Positions 18,848-28,104 of a stretch of 43,919 nt of DNA are shown piece after piece. Position 1 is the stretch's first letter; each line of letters starts with the position of its first letter. The notes beneath the pieces were generated by a model. The model did not search any database. It was not told the origin of the DNA and worked only from the letters and a program-made list of their open reading frames with translations. Origin of the DNA: a virus (taxonomy: Duplodnaviria > Heunggongvirae > Uroviricota > Caudoviricetes); the IMG/VR virus record IMGVR_UViG_3300033076_001232, positions 206,435 to 250,353 of that record. One strand, 5' to 3'. Both the position numbers and the translations under genes were made by a program.

Positions 18848-19416
18848 TCTTTATCCTTCATGTTCTTCTTTGCTCTCTGGTAGAGGGCTTTATCTGACAT
18901 CTTAGTAGTTTTACCTCCCGTAACGAATGAATTTACTCTTGCCATTGCCCATTGCTGAGGAGTTGTTCCTGGAATATGTCCAGTTTTCCATGCTGCATAT
19001 CCTCTGTTCCAAACTTGTCTAAGTATACCTAAAGGGAATCCAGTCTTATCTGATTTCTTTTTTAGAGCTTTATAAACCGGAGAATTTTTTCCCATCTCCT
19101 CATTAAGCATGTCCTCAGTTATCGATTCATCCTCCAGAACTATCTCCTCGAACACATTTTCTGGGATGCTGGTGAATTCATCATAAGAAAGTATCGTGTC
19201 TGCATCATCCTCTTCCTCGAACATTTCCTTGTACTTTTTGGTGTACTTACTTGGTTTGGTTTCTACGGGTTTACCCTTGCCAGCCTTTCTAGATTTATAG
19301 TCAGCATCCCATGGACCATATGCAGAAGAATCATCATCAGATTTCTCTGCATGTTTTTCAATCTCTCTTTTCATTACTCTAGGGTTCTTAGTTAGATATT
19401 TTTTAGGGAGCTTCAT
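18844..19416 (-). CDS. DUF5824-like basic protein
   Basis: KPSKYTKKYKEMF and LRQVWNRGYAAWKTGHIPG..PQQWAMARVNSF; start MKLPKKY at 19416. Confidence 0.65.
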   Translation of the reverse strand: MKLPKKYLTKNPRVMKREIEKHAEKSDDDSSAYGPWDADYKSRKAGKGKPVETKPSKYTKKYKEMFEEEDDADTILSYDEFTSIPENVFEEIVLEDESITEDMLNEEMGKNSPVYKALKKKSDKTGFPLGILRQVWNRGYAAWKTGHIPGTTPQQWAMARVNSFVTGGKTTKMSDKALYQRAKKNMKDKD

Positions 19417-19435
19417 AATAATTATATTGATTATT

Positions 19436-19444
19436 CTATATATC
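19436..19444 (-). promoter_or_regulatory. putative late promoter GATATATAG
   Basis: Motif 19 nt upstream of 19416 start, back-to-back with an early promoter. Confidence 0.55.
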
Positions 19445-19445
19445 A

Positions 19446-19479
19446 TTTTTTTTATTCCCGTAATAGTATCTTATCTTTA
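19446..19479 (+). promoter_or_regulatory. bipartite early promoter
   Basis: TTTTTTTTATTCCCG-N11-TATCTTTA, 12 nt before ATG. Confidence 0.75.
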
Positions 19480-19491
19480 GGAAAAAAAGAT

Positions 19492-20355
19492 ATGTCACAC
19501 TTTACAGTAATGGTAATCGGGGATAACCCGGAAGATCAATTGACTCCTTATCAGGAGAATAACATGGGAACGTGTCCAGAAGAATTTCTTGAATTCCGGG
19601 ACGAAACAGAATACCTCAAGAAAAACTGGGATGAGATGTCTCAGGAAGAAAAAGATGAGTATGATAACTCGTTTGACAATTACGCTGAGGATGAAGGATA
19701 CGAAAAGCACTCAAGTGAAGAAAAATATGGGTCATACGTAAACTCAAAAGCAAAATGGGATTGGTATGTACTCGGAGGAAGATGGACGGGATTTCTAAAA
19801 TTAAAAAAGAACTCCTCAGGTAAAACTGGAGAACCTGGGATCATGACTCTAAGCGCAGAAGCAGGATTTGCCGATCAGGCTTTAAAGAAAGATATAGACT
19901 TTCTCGGAATGAGAAAAGATGCGGAGGACGAAGCAGGTAAACTCTGGGATAAGGTCACCAAAATTTTAGGTGATGTCGAGAGACCGCATTCATGGGAGCA
20001 CGTAAGAGAAGTTATGTTTCCAGGAGACATTGGTGCAGCCAGAGAATTCTATCACTCACAGGAAGCAAACAAAAAAATAGACGAGTGGAATAGAAAAAAT
20101 AGCCACTCTCTATTTGGGGTAGATCCTTTAAATTTTATGATTCCGAGAGAAGAATACTGTAAAAAAGCTGGGGATTCAGCAATCTCAACCTTCGCAGTCC
20201 TGAAAGATGGAGTTTGGTACGAGAAGGGAGAAATGGGATGGTTCGGTATGGTTTCTGACGAAAAAGATCAGTCAGATTGGAACACTCAGGTAGCAGGAAT
20301 GCTAGAACTAATTGACGACAACACGTTGGTTTCAATCTACGATTGTCACATCTAA
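19492..20355 (+). CDS. conserved phage hypothetical protein
   Basis: MSHFTVMVIG, KWDWYVLGGRW, GVWYEKGEMGWFG, terminal YDCHI. Confidence 0.75.
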   Translation: MSHFTVMVIGDNPEDQLTPYQENNMGTCPEEFLEFRDETEYLKKNWDEMSQEEKDEYDNSFDNYAEDEGYEKHSSEEKYGSYVNSKAKWDWYVLGGRWTGFLKLKKNSSGKTGEPGIMTLSAEAGFADQALKKDIDFLGMRKDAEDEAGKLWDKVTKILGDVERPHSWEHVREVMFPGDIGAAREFYHSQEANKKIDEWNRKNSHSLFGVDPLNFMIPREEYCKKAGDSAISTFAVLKDGVWYEKGEMGWFGMVSDEKDQSDWNTQVAGMLELIDDNTLVSIYDCHI

Positions 20356-20370
20356 AAACACACATTCAAA

Positions 20371-21513
20371 ATGGAAAGAAAATTAGCATCCATACAGAAA
20401 ATTAGGGAGATACTCCCGATCGAAGGAGCAGACGCTATCGAATTAGCTGTTGTAAACTCCTGGAAGGTTGTAACTAAAAAAGGTGAATTTGAACCGGGAG
20501 ATCTTTGTGTATACTTCGAGATAGATTCATTTCTTCCGATGGAAAAAGACTTTGAATTTCTCAGAAAATCATCTTATAAAAAGATGGGCGATCTGGAGGG
20601 ATTCAGATTGAAGACAATCCGATTAAGAGGACAGGTTTCGCAGGGTCTTTGTTTGCCTCTAAGCATTCTTGAAAAGGATGACGAAATGAAAATAGGAATT
20701 AGCAAACAACCTTGGGGTGATCAGCTTCAGCTTGGTCCTTACGATGATGCAATAGTTATCGAAGAGGGAACTGATGTTACTGAATACATGTGTGTATTAA
20801 AATACGAGCCACCAATCCCAGCAGAACTATCAGGGAAGGTTAAAGGAGGATTCCCTGGATTCATCAGAAAAACCGACGAGGAAAGAATTCAAAATATGAC
20901 TGGACATTTCGAAAGAATGAAGTCAGAGAAATACTATGTAACGGAAAAGCTTGACGGTAGCTCTGCAACATACTATTTCAGAGACGGAGTTTTCGGAGTT
21001 TGCTCTAGAAACTTAGAGCTAGCAGATCCAGGAGAATTTGTACCAGGTACAGTTCTTTGCGAAGATGGTGTGGAAAGACCCAAGAAAGAAAACACGTTCT
21101 GGAAGGTTGCTAAAGAATTGTTCATCGAAGAAAAATTAGGAACTCTGGAGCAAAACTATGCAATTCAAGGAGAATTGATCGGTGAAGGAATTCAGGGAAA
21201 TCCATACAGGATCAAAGGTCACACTGTAAGAATTTTCAACGTGTTTAATATTGACACTCAGGAATACCTTGGACTAGAAGAAATGCGAGAATTTCTGGGT
21301 AAAATCAATGTTGATTCCAATCCAATTGAAATGGTTCCAATCCTATTCGAGGATTACACTCTACCAGAAACCATAGAAGAGATACTATCTCAGGCGGAAG
21401 GGAAATCGGTTTTAAACTCAGGGACAGAGAGGGAAGGAATAGTTATTCGAAATAGAGACAAGTCAATTTCTTTCAAAGCGATATCTAATAACTTTCTACT
21501 GAAAGAAAAATAG
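20371..21513 (+). CDS. RNA ligase, DRB0094/Rnl2-like family
   Basis: RKLASIQKI..I.PIEGADAIE, YFEIDSFLP, LRGQVSQGL, KTDEERIQN, EKLDGSS, CSRN, QGELIG, EGIV, FKAIS. Confidence 0.9.
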   Translation: MERKLASIQKIREILPIEGADAIELAVVNSWKVVTKKGEFEPGDLCVYFEIDSFLPMEKDFEFLRKSSYKKMGDLEGFRLKTIRLRGQVSQGLCLPLSILEKDDEMKIGISKQPWGDQLQLGPYDDAIVIEEGTDVTEYMCVLKYEPPIPAELSGKVKGGFPGFIRKTDEERIQNMTGHFERMKSEKYYVTEKLDGSSATYYFRDGVFGVCSRNLELADPGEFVPGTVLCEDGVERPKKENTFWKVAKELFIEEKLGTLEQNYAIQGELIGEGIQGNPYRIKGHTVRIFNVFNIDTQEYLGLEEMREFLGKINVDSNPIEMVPILFEDYTLPETIEEILSQAEGKSVLNSGTEREGIVIRNRDKSISFKAISNNFLLKEK

Positions 21514-21520
21514 AAAAATC

Positions 21521-22087
21521 ATGGAGGATAAGAATAACATTCTAGAAAATCTAAAGAATTTCCTTGAAACTGACGAGGGTAAAGAATCAATAAAGAAATT
21601 CAGGGAAAGAATGGATAACGAAGAAGCACACTCCAATCGATGGGTCGAAAGATTTAGAAAGTGGGCAGTTCCCGACATGGATCTGGCTATAGAGAAGTTG
21701 ACTGGTTGGTATTATTCGGATAAGTATAGAAATAGAGAATATTCGAAAGGACGCGAACCCGGAGAATCGCTTCTTTGGGTTGCATTGAATTTTGCAAGAG
21801 AAAACTGCAGGGAGTGTGACGACGAGAAGTACCTTAACATGTTCACTGGAGAAGCATACTATATAGGATCTTATGTTATTCAAGTCATGCACGGCCAAGG
21901 ATCCGCAATCAGAATTGATAAGATAGAAGGACCTATTAAGGCATCAAGGAAAGAAAGAATGATCTCCATGATCGAAAGTCGGATAAGAACAGAAATGGAT
22001 AAGCATTCAAGATCACAGTCATTAGATTGGATAAAAATAGCTGCATCTAAGGTTTATCGAGAAATTGAAGAATTTAATAACAACTAA
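21521..22087 (+). CDS. hypothetical protein
   Basis: In-operon ORF. Confidence 0.7.
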   Translation: MEDKNNILENLKNFLETDEGKESIKKFRERMDNEEAHSNRWVERFRKWAVPDMDLAIEKLTGWYYSDKYRNREYSKGREPGESLLWVALNFARENCRECDDEKYLNMFTGEAYYIGSYVIQVMHGQGSAIRIDKIEGPIKASRKERMISMIESRIRTEMDKHSRSQSLDWIKIAASKVYREIEEFNNN

Positions 22088-22088
22088 C

Positions 22089-22571
22089 ATGAATAAAGTT
22101 TTAATCTACATTTTTACCGCTCTTTTCATTGTATCTTGTGAGGATACCGATAAATGTGCAGATCGCATCGAAGAGCATTCAGTCTCAGAAAATATTGAGG
22201 AATTAGATTCATCTTCGTGCGCTGCATGGACAACTCATTACAAGACGTACTCCCTAGAGGGATGCGAGTACATAGTAGTTGGATTCGGACACAACAGATG
22301 GGGTACCCACAAAGGTAACTGTTCTAATCCGATTCATAAAGGACAACATCCCAGTCCGCATCAACTTGACATCGTCGAGATGGATTCAGATCAGCGTGAT
22401 TATTCGTTATCAGAAAAAGAAAAACATTTTGATTGTTATGTCACTGAAATTATCCCAGAAGACGAAGGACACTCCTATGTTTACACTGAGTGCGGTATAG
22501 CTTTTATTACCGATAAGAACTACAAGGTAGGAGAGAAGTTAAAAGGATTTAAATCTCCCAAGCACAAATGA
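22089..22571 (+). CDS. putative lipoprotein
   Basis: MNKVLIYIFTALFIVS-C-EDTD: SPII-type signal with acidic residues after Cys; start revised from 22065. Confidence 0.65.
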   Translation: MNKVLIYIFTALFIVSCEDTDKCADRIEEHSVSENIEELDSSSCAAWTTHYKTYSLEGCEYIVVGFGHNRWGTHKGNCSNPIHKGQHPSPHQLDIVEMDSDQRDYSLSEKEKHFDCYVTEIIPEDEGHSYVYTECGIAFITDKNYKVGEKLKGFKSPKHK

Positions 22572-23602
22572 GAATACTAATTACAGGAGGAGCTGGATAC
22601 ATAGGATCTCACACAGCAGTCGAAGCTCTTAGAGAGGGACATGATGTTGTAATAGTTGATTCATTTATCAGTTCTTCTAAATCAACCATCGAAAGAATAG
22701 AAAAAGCTAGTGAGAGGAAATTCGAAGTTATCGAGTGCAACTTAGCCGATCCAATAGAAGTAATTCTATCTAAGTTTAATAACACCTATCCAAAGTTCGA
22801 TGCTGTTATACACTTTGCCGCTTTAAAATCTTCGCCCGAGTCTGTAGAGGTTCCAGTTACCTACTACGACAACAATATGTCATGTCTTCTGAATGTGATT
22901 AAACTCTGTGAGCATAAAGGGATTAAAAATTTCATATTCTCTAGTTCTGCAACTGTCTATGGAGAACCTAAGTTTCTACCGATTACGGAGGAGCATCCCA
23001 TCGGAAGAGCAACAACACCATATGGGAATACCAAAGTTTTTGGTGAATGGATTCTCGAGGACGTAACAAGCAGAAATAGATTAAAGTCTGTGGCTTTAAG
23101 GTACTTCAATCCTGCTGGAGCAGACTGGACATATCTAATTGGCGAATCCCCTCTATGGAGACCTAATAACCTTGTCCCTATAATAACCCAATCTGCAGCT
23201 GGTGCCTATGGACCTTTAGTAGTAACCGGATCAGATTTTCCTACACCTGATGGCTCAGCTATCAGAGATTACATACACGTTACAGATTTAGCAAAGGCTC
23301 ATTTATGTGCTTTAGAGTGGTTAAAGGATCAGGAAACTGGGACTTTCGACTATTTTAATATAGGCACTGGGAAGGGAACATCAGTGATGGAAATGGTTGA
23401 AACATTCTGCTTTTCTATAGAACCGGATTTACTAATCTGCGAAAAAGGAGATAGAAGACCCGGAGATCCAGCTGAGGTTTGGTGTGATGCTTCTAAGGCG
23501 GAAAGAGTTCTAGGATGGAAAGCCAGATTTGGAATAAAGGATATCCTAAGAAGCGCATGGGAATGGGAGAAGAGATCTAGAAACATCTTCATGGAGGATT
23601 AA
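22568..23602 (+). CDS. galE: UDP-glucose 4-epimerase
   Basis: TGGAGYIGSHT, HFAALK, FSSSATVYG, YGNTK, LRYFNPAGA, RDYIHVTDLA. Confidence 0.95.
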   Translation: MRILITGGAGYIGSHTAVEALREGHDVVIVDSFISSSKSTIERIEKASERKFEVIECNLADPIEVILSKFNNTYPKFDAVIHFAALKSSPESVEVPVTYYDNNMSCLLNVIKLCEHKGIKNFIFSSSATVYGEPKFLPITEEHPIGRATTPYGNTKVFGEWILEDVTSRNRLKSVALRYFNPAGADWTYLIGESPLWRPNNLVPIITQSAAGAYGPLVVTGSDFPTPDGSAIRDYIHVTDLAKAHLCALEWLKDQETGTFDYFNIGTGKGTSVMEMVETFCFSIEPDLLICEKGDRRPGDPAEVWCDASKAERVLGWKARFGIKDILRSAWEWEKRSRNIFMED

Positions 23603-23648
23603 AAACAGGGAAAGGAAACAATAGATCCATATATAGATAAAAGTCTAT

Positions 23649-23840
23649 ATGATGATCTATTTCTTAATGTTCTTTATCCCGGCAATTCCTATATGGTTAA
23701 TATTGGAGCTATTGTCATTTTTCTCGAATAGAGAAGAAGATAAGCTGGTGGGATTTAGCACTAGGATCATCGTGTTCTACCTCTGGCCTTTCATGCTATA
23801 TTATCTATGTCATGAGTTCAGGTCAAGGTGGATTAGATAA
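23649..23840 (+). CDS. small membrane protein
   Basis: Two hydrophobic segments; CATATATAG at 23628-23636 upstream. Confidence 0.55.
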   Translation: MMIYFLMFFIPAIPIWLILELLSFFSNREEDKLVGFSTRIIVFYLWPFMLYYLCHEFRSRWIR

Positions 23841-23851
23841 AAAATCCAAAG

Positions 23852-24268
23852 ATGAGAAAAACTAAACAGAACAAGCCTAAGGAGGCTGAGGTTACAGATC
23901 TAGAGGTAGCCAGAAAAATGCTTAAAATACATCAGAGCGCTCAGGATAGAAAGTTAGATTTCGATCTTTCATTCGAATCAGTAAAAAAACTTTTACAGTA
24001 TCAAACCTGTTATTATACGGGCAAAAAATTTGAAGATGAAGGACTGATGTCTAGAAGCTTTGATCGGATAGACTCGACTAAAGGATACGTAGAAGGCAAC
24101 GTAGTTGCCTGTACTGTTGACATTAACGGAAAAAAGAGTAATCTTTCGTTAGATGAAATAGAGTGCTTATACGTAAAATTAGTGAATAGAGCAAACGTGA
24201 AAAAAGAGCAGGAAAATATAAAAATCGAGATTACAGACATTAAGGATATCCCCGAACAAGATATATAA
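23852..24268 (+). CDS. His-Me finger/HNH-like protein
   Basis: CYYTG...SFDRIDSTKGYVEGNVVAC...N..K; the His of the usual catalytic position is not evident. Confidence 0.55.
   Translation: MRKTKQNKPKEAEVTDLEVARKMLKIHQSAQDRKLDFDLSFESVKKLLQYQTCYYTGKKFEDEGLMSRSFDRIDSTKGYVEGNVVACTVDINGKKSNLSLDEIECLYVKLVNRANVKKEQENIKIEITDIKDIPEQDI
24260..24268 (+). promoter_or_regulatory. putative late promoter GATATATAA
   Basis: 3 nt before ATG of leader-bearing gene 24272. Confidence 0.55.
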
Positions 24269-24271
24269 TCC

Positions 24272-25096
24272 ATGGGACTAAAACAATTCAATAATTTCTC
24301 AATACAGGAGAGTGAAACCAAGAAGAAATTCGGTGATTTGATAATTTCGGAGGAGGATCTGGAATTTCTAAATACCAAAGGTGTAGACTTAGCTTCAAAA
24401 ATAAACAAGGACAATAAATCCATTAGGAGCATAAGATATCAAATGTGGGGAAATGATTCCATTGTATTTAATATTGATCTGAGAGATCTAGGAGTTTATG
24501 ATACAATAAAAAATCTGGAGAAATTCTCAGATTGCGATTTTCTACCAAATTTTTTGATGAGATCGTCAATGACGATCCGCTATTTCGTTAAAAAAGATCT
24601 ATCTCCAGGTAAATATGAAATTGGTCCATATTTTAGCTCGAAGAATCCACCTGGAATCATAAATATTGAGATTGGATTTGAAACTTTAGAAGGATTAGCA
24701 AGCGTAATCAACGAGAGTATAAATGAAATGTTTAACGATTTCAAAAAAGTTAGAGTCGCAACTTCATGGGATCTTAGAAAAGCTCCTGTAATAGAAGCTT
24801 ACCTTAGAAAAGAGATTAAAACAATCTATTCCAACTTAATAGATAGATTTCTAGAAGATGGCAAAATGGAGCCAAAGGATATCGACGATAGCTTGAATGC
24901 TATTCTTTTGGCAAGTTCATTAGAAGAAAATCCGGATGAAATAGAAACTTTCAATTCTCTACCTGAAAAATCAAGAAAAGAACTTCTAGCTGGATGGAAA
25001 TCTATTTTAAAAGGAGAAGACATTACATTATCAATACAAAAGGTATCAGCAATTAAAAAATATCTTAGCGTTAAAAAAACCTGGGATTACATTTAA
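24272..25096 (+). CDS. hypothetical protein, putative head-packaged protein
   Basis: Leader MGLKQFNNFSIQE-S; shared C-terminal module. Confidence 0.7.
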   Translation: MGLKQFNNFSIQESETKKKFGDLIISEEDLEFLNTKGVDLASKINKDNKSIRSIRYQMWGNDSIVFNIDLRDLGVYDTIKNLEKFSDCDFLPNFLMRSSMTIRYFVKKDLSPGKYEIGPYFSSKNPPGIINIEIGFETLEGLASVINESINEMFNDFKKVRVATSWDLRKAPVIEAYLRKEIKTIYSNLIDRFLEDGKMEPKDIDDSLNAILLASSLEENPDEIETFNSLPEKSRKELLAGWKSILKGEDITLSIQKVSAIKKYLSVKKTWDYI

Positions 25097-25097
25097 T

Positions 25098-26246
25098 ATG
25101 ATTTTAAATTTTCAAAGATATCTAAATGAATCCATAGAATCAGAAATGAGGGTACCGGATTACATAGAAAAAATAGCAGGCATATATTCTAAAAAAGGAA
25201 GAGCACTTTATGTTGTCGGAGGAGCAGTTAGAGATCATCTTTTAGGAAAAACACCTAAGGATTTTGATTTGGCAACAGATGCTACTCCCGACGAGTCAAT
25301 CGATATGCTTTCACCCTACTATAAAGTATTGGAGGTCGGTAAAGCCTTTGGGGTTATTAAGGTTATGGTTCCGGAGGATCCGGAAGGAGTAGAGATTGCT
25401 ACTTTCAGAGAGGAGACATATAAGGATACCAGAAGACCAGATTCGGTTAAATACTCCTCGATCGATAAAGATGTCATGAGAAGGGATTTAACTGTAAATG
25501 CTCTTTTCTATGATATAAAGGGAGGTAGGATAGTCGATCTTGTCGGAGGGATAAAAGATATTGAAGGTGGACTGATAAGAACAGTCGGAAATCCATCTGA
25601 AAGATTTTCAGAGGATCCACTTAGAAAATTAAGAGCCGTAAGATTTGCTTCTAAATTGGGATCGAAGATAGATCCAGAAACACATAAATCACTTTTAACC
25701 GATCCGGTTTTTCATAACATCTCAGTTGAAAGAATCAGAGACGAGTTTATGAAGATATTAACCAGCTCAAATGACGTTGGTGAATCTATAAACATGCTGC
25801 AGTCCTATAACATGTTATCCCAAGTATTTCCAAATCTAGAGATAGAGACAAATTCTTGGTCAGAAGAACATCCATTGGTTACTGTTGCTCTGATGCTCAA
25901 GTCAAATCCTATAGATAAGATAGAAAGAGAATTAAATAAACTCTCATGGACATCTGACGAGATAGCTAAAATTTGTTTCTTGATAAGACTTCTAACATTA
26001 TCAGAGGATAATGTATACGAACTCAGAAAAAAGATGGATGTTATAAAGTTTACTGATGTGGATGAAATTATTGACTTTGCTAATTTGTCGGGGGCAGATC
26101 AGAATTTAATTTCAGCATTCTTAGAATATAGACCTAGCATCTCAAGCAAGGATCTCATGGATCAAGGTTTTAAAGGACCTGAATTAGGGAGGGAAATCAA
26201 AAAGAGAGAAGGCTTGGAATTTAAAAAGATCCTCGATAAAAGATAG
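25098..26246 (+). CDS. cca: CCA-adding tRNA nucleotidyltransferase (class II) with capsid-targeting-like leader
   Basis: YVVGGAVRD, KDFDLATD, EIATFR, DVMRRDLTVNAL, RFSEDPLRKLRAVRF, SVERIRDE; no HD domain; leader MILNFQRYLNE-S. Confidence 0.85.
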   Translation: MILNFQRYLNESIESEMRVPDYIEKIAGIYSKKGRALYVVGGAVRDHLLGKTPKDFDLATDATPDESIDMLSPYYKVLEVGKAFGVIKVMVPEDPEGVEIATFREETYKDTRRPDSVKYSSIDKDVMRRDLTVNALFYDIKGGRIVDLVGGIKDIEGGLIRTVGNPSERFSEDPLRKLRAVRFASKLGSKIDPETHKSLLTDPVFHNISVERIRDEFMKILTSSNDVGESINMLQSYNMLSQVFPNLEIETNSWSEEHPLVTVALMLKSNPIDKIERELNKLSWTSDEIAKICFLIRLLTLSEDNVYELRKKMDVIKFTDVDEIIDFANLSGADQNLISAFLEYRPSISSKDLMDQGFKGPELGREIKKREGLEFKKILDKR

Positions 26247-26254
26247 ATAAAGAC

Positions 26255-26509
26255 ATGGAACACATTGAACTATACGAGAACTTTAATCAACCGGAAAGGA
26301 AAACCTTTACTGAAGATGAAATAGTTTACTATGAGAAACTATGGAACTGGTTACCTCAGAAATACCGATATAATCAGTTCTTTCTAAAACTTTGGAATCA
26401 GGTAAAGCTTAAGAAGTACCTAAGTAAAAAACAATGGACACAGCTAGAATATTTACTTAAAAATGGTAAATCTCAATACGAAGCTGGAATTCTACCGTCC
26501 AATTATTAA
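26255..26509 (+). CDS. small hypothetical protein with leader
   Basis: MEHIELYE-NF leader. Confidence 0.7.
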   Translation: MEHIELYENFNQPERKTFTEDEIVYYEKLWNWLPQKYRYNQFFLKLWNQVKLKKYLSKKQWTQLEYLLKNGKSQYEAGILPSNY

Positions 26510-26510
26510 G

Positions 26511-26909
26511 ATGAAAAACGTAGATCTATACGAATCTTTTGTTAGTAGAGACGATGAAGAAAATGACCCAGAAATGGCTTTATCTGAATTCATCGGAGAA
26601 ATTTGGCCGGAGATTAATAAATATCTGGACGATAATGGATTAGAGTCCGATTATCTAATTGCAGATCCGGAATCATTTATTATCGAGTATTGGCCAAAGA
26701 CCATGAATGGTGCAATACCAAGTAGAATATCATACATAATTGATACTCTGAAAGAAAAACTCGAAAGCGAAATGCAAATAGGGATTTCATGGAGCTTCGG
26801 ACCTAATGGAAATGCTCAAAGATTAATATTCACACTGGACTCCGAGATAGAACCAGATTCGGTTACCGATAAAATACTAAGAGTTAAAAAAGCTCTCAAA
26901 TTCACATAA
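26511..26909 (+). CDS. hypothetical protein with leader
   Basis: MKNVDLYE-SF leader; start revised from 26463; C-terminal tail shared with 5980..7224. Confidence 0.7.
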   Translation: MKNVDLYESFVSRDDEENDPEMALSEFIGEIWPEINKYLDDNGLESDYLIADPESFIIEYWPKTMNGAIPSRISYIIDTLKEKLESEMQIGISWSFGPNGNAQRLIFTLDSEIEPDSVTDKILRVKKALKFT

Positions 26910-26941
26910 TTTTTATTTCTCGAGACTTGATCTTAAATTTA
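26910..26941 (+). promoter_or_regulatory. bipartite early promoter (variant)
   Basis: TTTTTATTTCTCG-N11-TAAATTTA, 14 nt before ATG. Confidence 0.65.
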
Positions 26942-26955
26942 CCAAAAATTATCCA

Positions 26956-27306
26956 ATGAAAGTAATCATAGCTGGTGGTAGGGATTTTATGGACTTTGAA
27001 CTCCTATGTTCTTCATGTAAGGACATTCTGGAAAATAAGAATGTCGAGGAGATAGTTAGCGGATGTGCCAAAGGAGCAGACCGAACCGGTGAGAAATATG
27101 CTGAGCTGAACAAGATTCCGATTAAAAAATTTCCAGCTGAATGGGATAAGTATGGTAAAGCTGCGGGATATCGTAGAAACAAGGATATGGCAGAATATGC
27201 GGATGCTCTTATAGCTTTCTGGAACGGTGAAAGTAAAGGTACAAAACATATGATAGATCTAGCCAGAGCCAATAAATTAGAAGTACACATAATAAAATAC
27301 ACATGA
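26956..27306 (+). CDS. YspA/SLOG family (DUF2493-like) protein
   Basis: MKVIIAGGRDF, IVSGCAKGAD, YGKAAGYRRN..MA.YADALIAFWNGESKGT. Confidence 0.85.
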   Translation: MKVIIAGGRDFMDFELLCSSCKDILENKNVEEIVSGCAKGADRTGEKYAELNKIPIKKFPAEWDKYGKAAGYRRNKDMAEYADALIAFWNGESKGTKHMIDLARANKLEVHIIKYT

Positions 27307-27521
27307 GCACATTTATCAAATTAACCCACAGAAATCAATCTCATGGAGATCTCAGATTGAATCCTATGTTTATAGTGTCAATGAATAGGATGTACGATTA
27401 CACTGAAGTTTACTGCATGGGAATGGAATATTCATGGGAAGTACAAGAAACACCGGAGGAGATAATAAAGCTTTCAGAGACTAAAAAGTACTTTACTACT
27501 TTTAATAAAGAAAAAGAGTAG
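27303..27521 (+). CDS. FlbD-like small protein
   Basis: FIKLT...LNP..I......T.V.......V.ETPEEII. Confidence 0.55.
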   Translation: MSTFIKLTHRNQSHGDLRLNPMFIVSMNRMYDYTEVYCMGMEYSWEVQETPEEIIKLSETKKYFTTFNKEKE

Positions 27522-27528
27522 GATAATA

Positions 27529-28080
27529 TTAGGCGTAGTCTATTCTTGCAGCTGTTCTGCTGCCAAGTTCTTTCATTACACTATCTACAAAGGCAGCCCA
27601 ATCACAGTCTGACACTTTAGGTTCACCATTCAGAGATGCCTGAACAGTAAACTCTTTGTAACTTTTAGAACCCCTTACGACATGCCATTCTATAGAACAG
27701 TCTGAGCAATCTATAGATTTAACGAATTTAGCTCCATCGTCATTTTTTGCAATAGCGTCATCGATTGCACGAGAGATTTCGCTCTCATTGAAAAGAGGAA
27801 ATCTATCTGATGGGTCGAGTGACGGAATTATATCGTCAAATACATAACCGGATCCCATCTGTATAGAATATTCATCCGGATCCTCACTGAGAACAGCTTC
27901 AAATTTTAATTCATCATAGGATTCACTATAGTCCAAATCTACACCGTCACTATTATTTGCAGAGACTGTAAAGTAATCCTCGCTTACAGAACTGAGAGAC
28001 TCTAGAGCCTCTTTAATGTCTAATATATTATATAGATCATCTGAAGATTCCTTAAGAGCAAATGTTTTTAGATGTCTCAT
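27529..28080 (-). CDS. acidic hypothetical protein with leader
   Basis: MRHLKTFALKE-S leader. Confidence 0.7.
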   Translation of the reverse strand: MRHLKTFALKESSDDLYNILDIKEALESLSSVSEDYFTVSANNSDGVDLDYSESYDELKFEAVLSEDPDEYSIQMGSGYVFDDIIPSLDPSDRFPLFNESEISRAIDDAIAKNDDGAKFVKSIDCSDCSIEWHVVRGSKSYKEFTVQASLNGEPKVSDCDWAAFVDSVMKELGSRTAARIDYA

Positions 28081-28094
28081 CGTAGATTTTTACT

Positions 28095-28103
28095 CTATAT
28101 ATC
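28095..28103 (-). promoter_or_regulatory. putative late promoter GATATATAG
   Basis: 14 nt upstream of leader-bearing gene. Confidence 0.55.
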
Positions 28104-28104
28104 C

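Noticed and set aside
23852-24268. Mobile homing endonuclease or intron
   Set aside because: Only a partial His-Me finger signature, no interrupted host gene or intron structure nearby.
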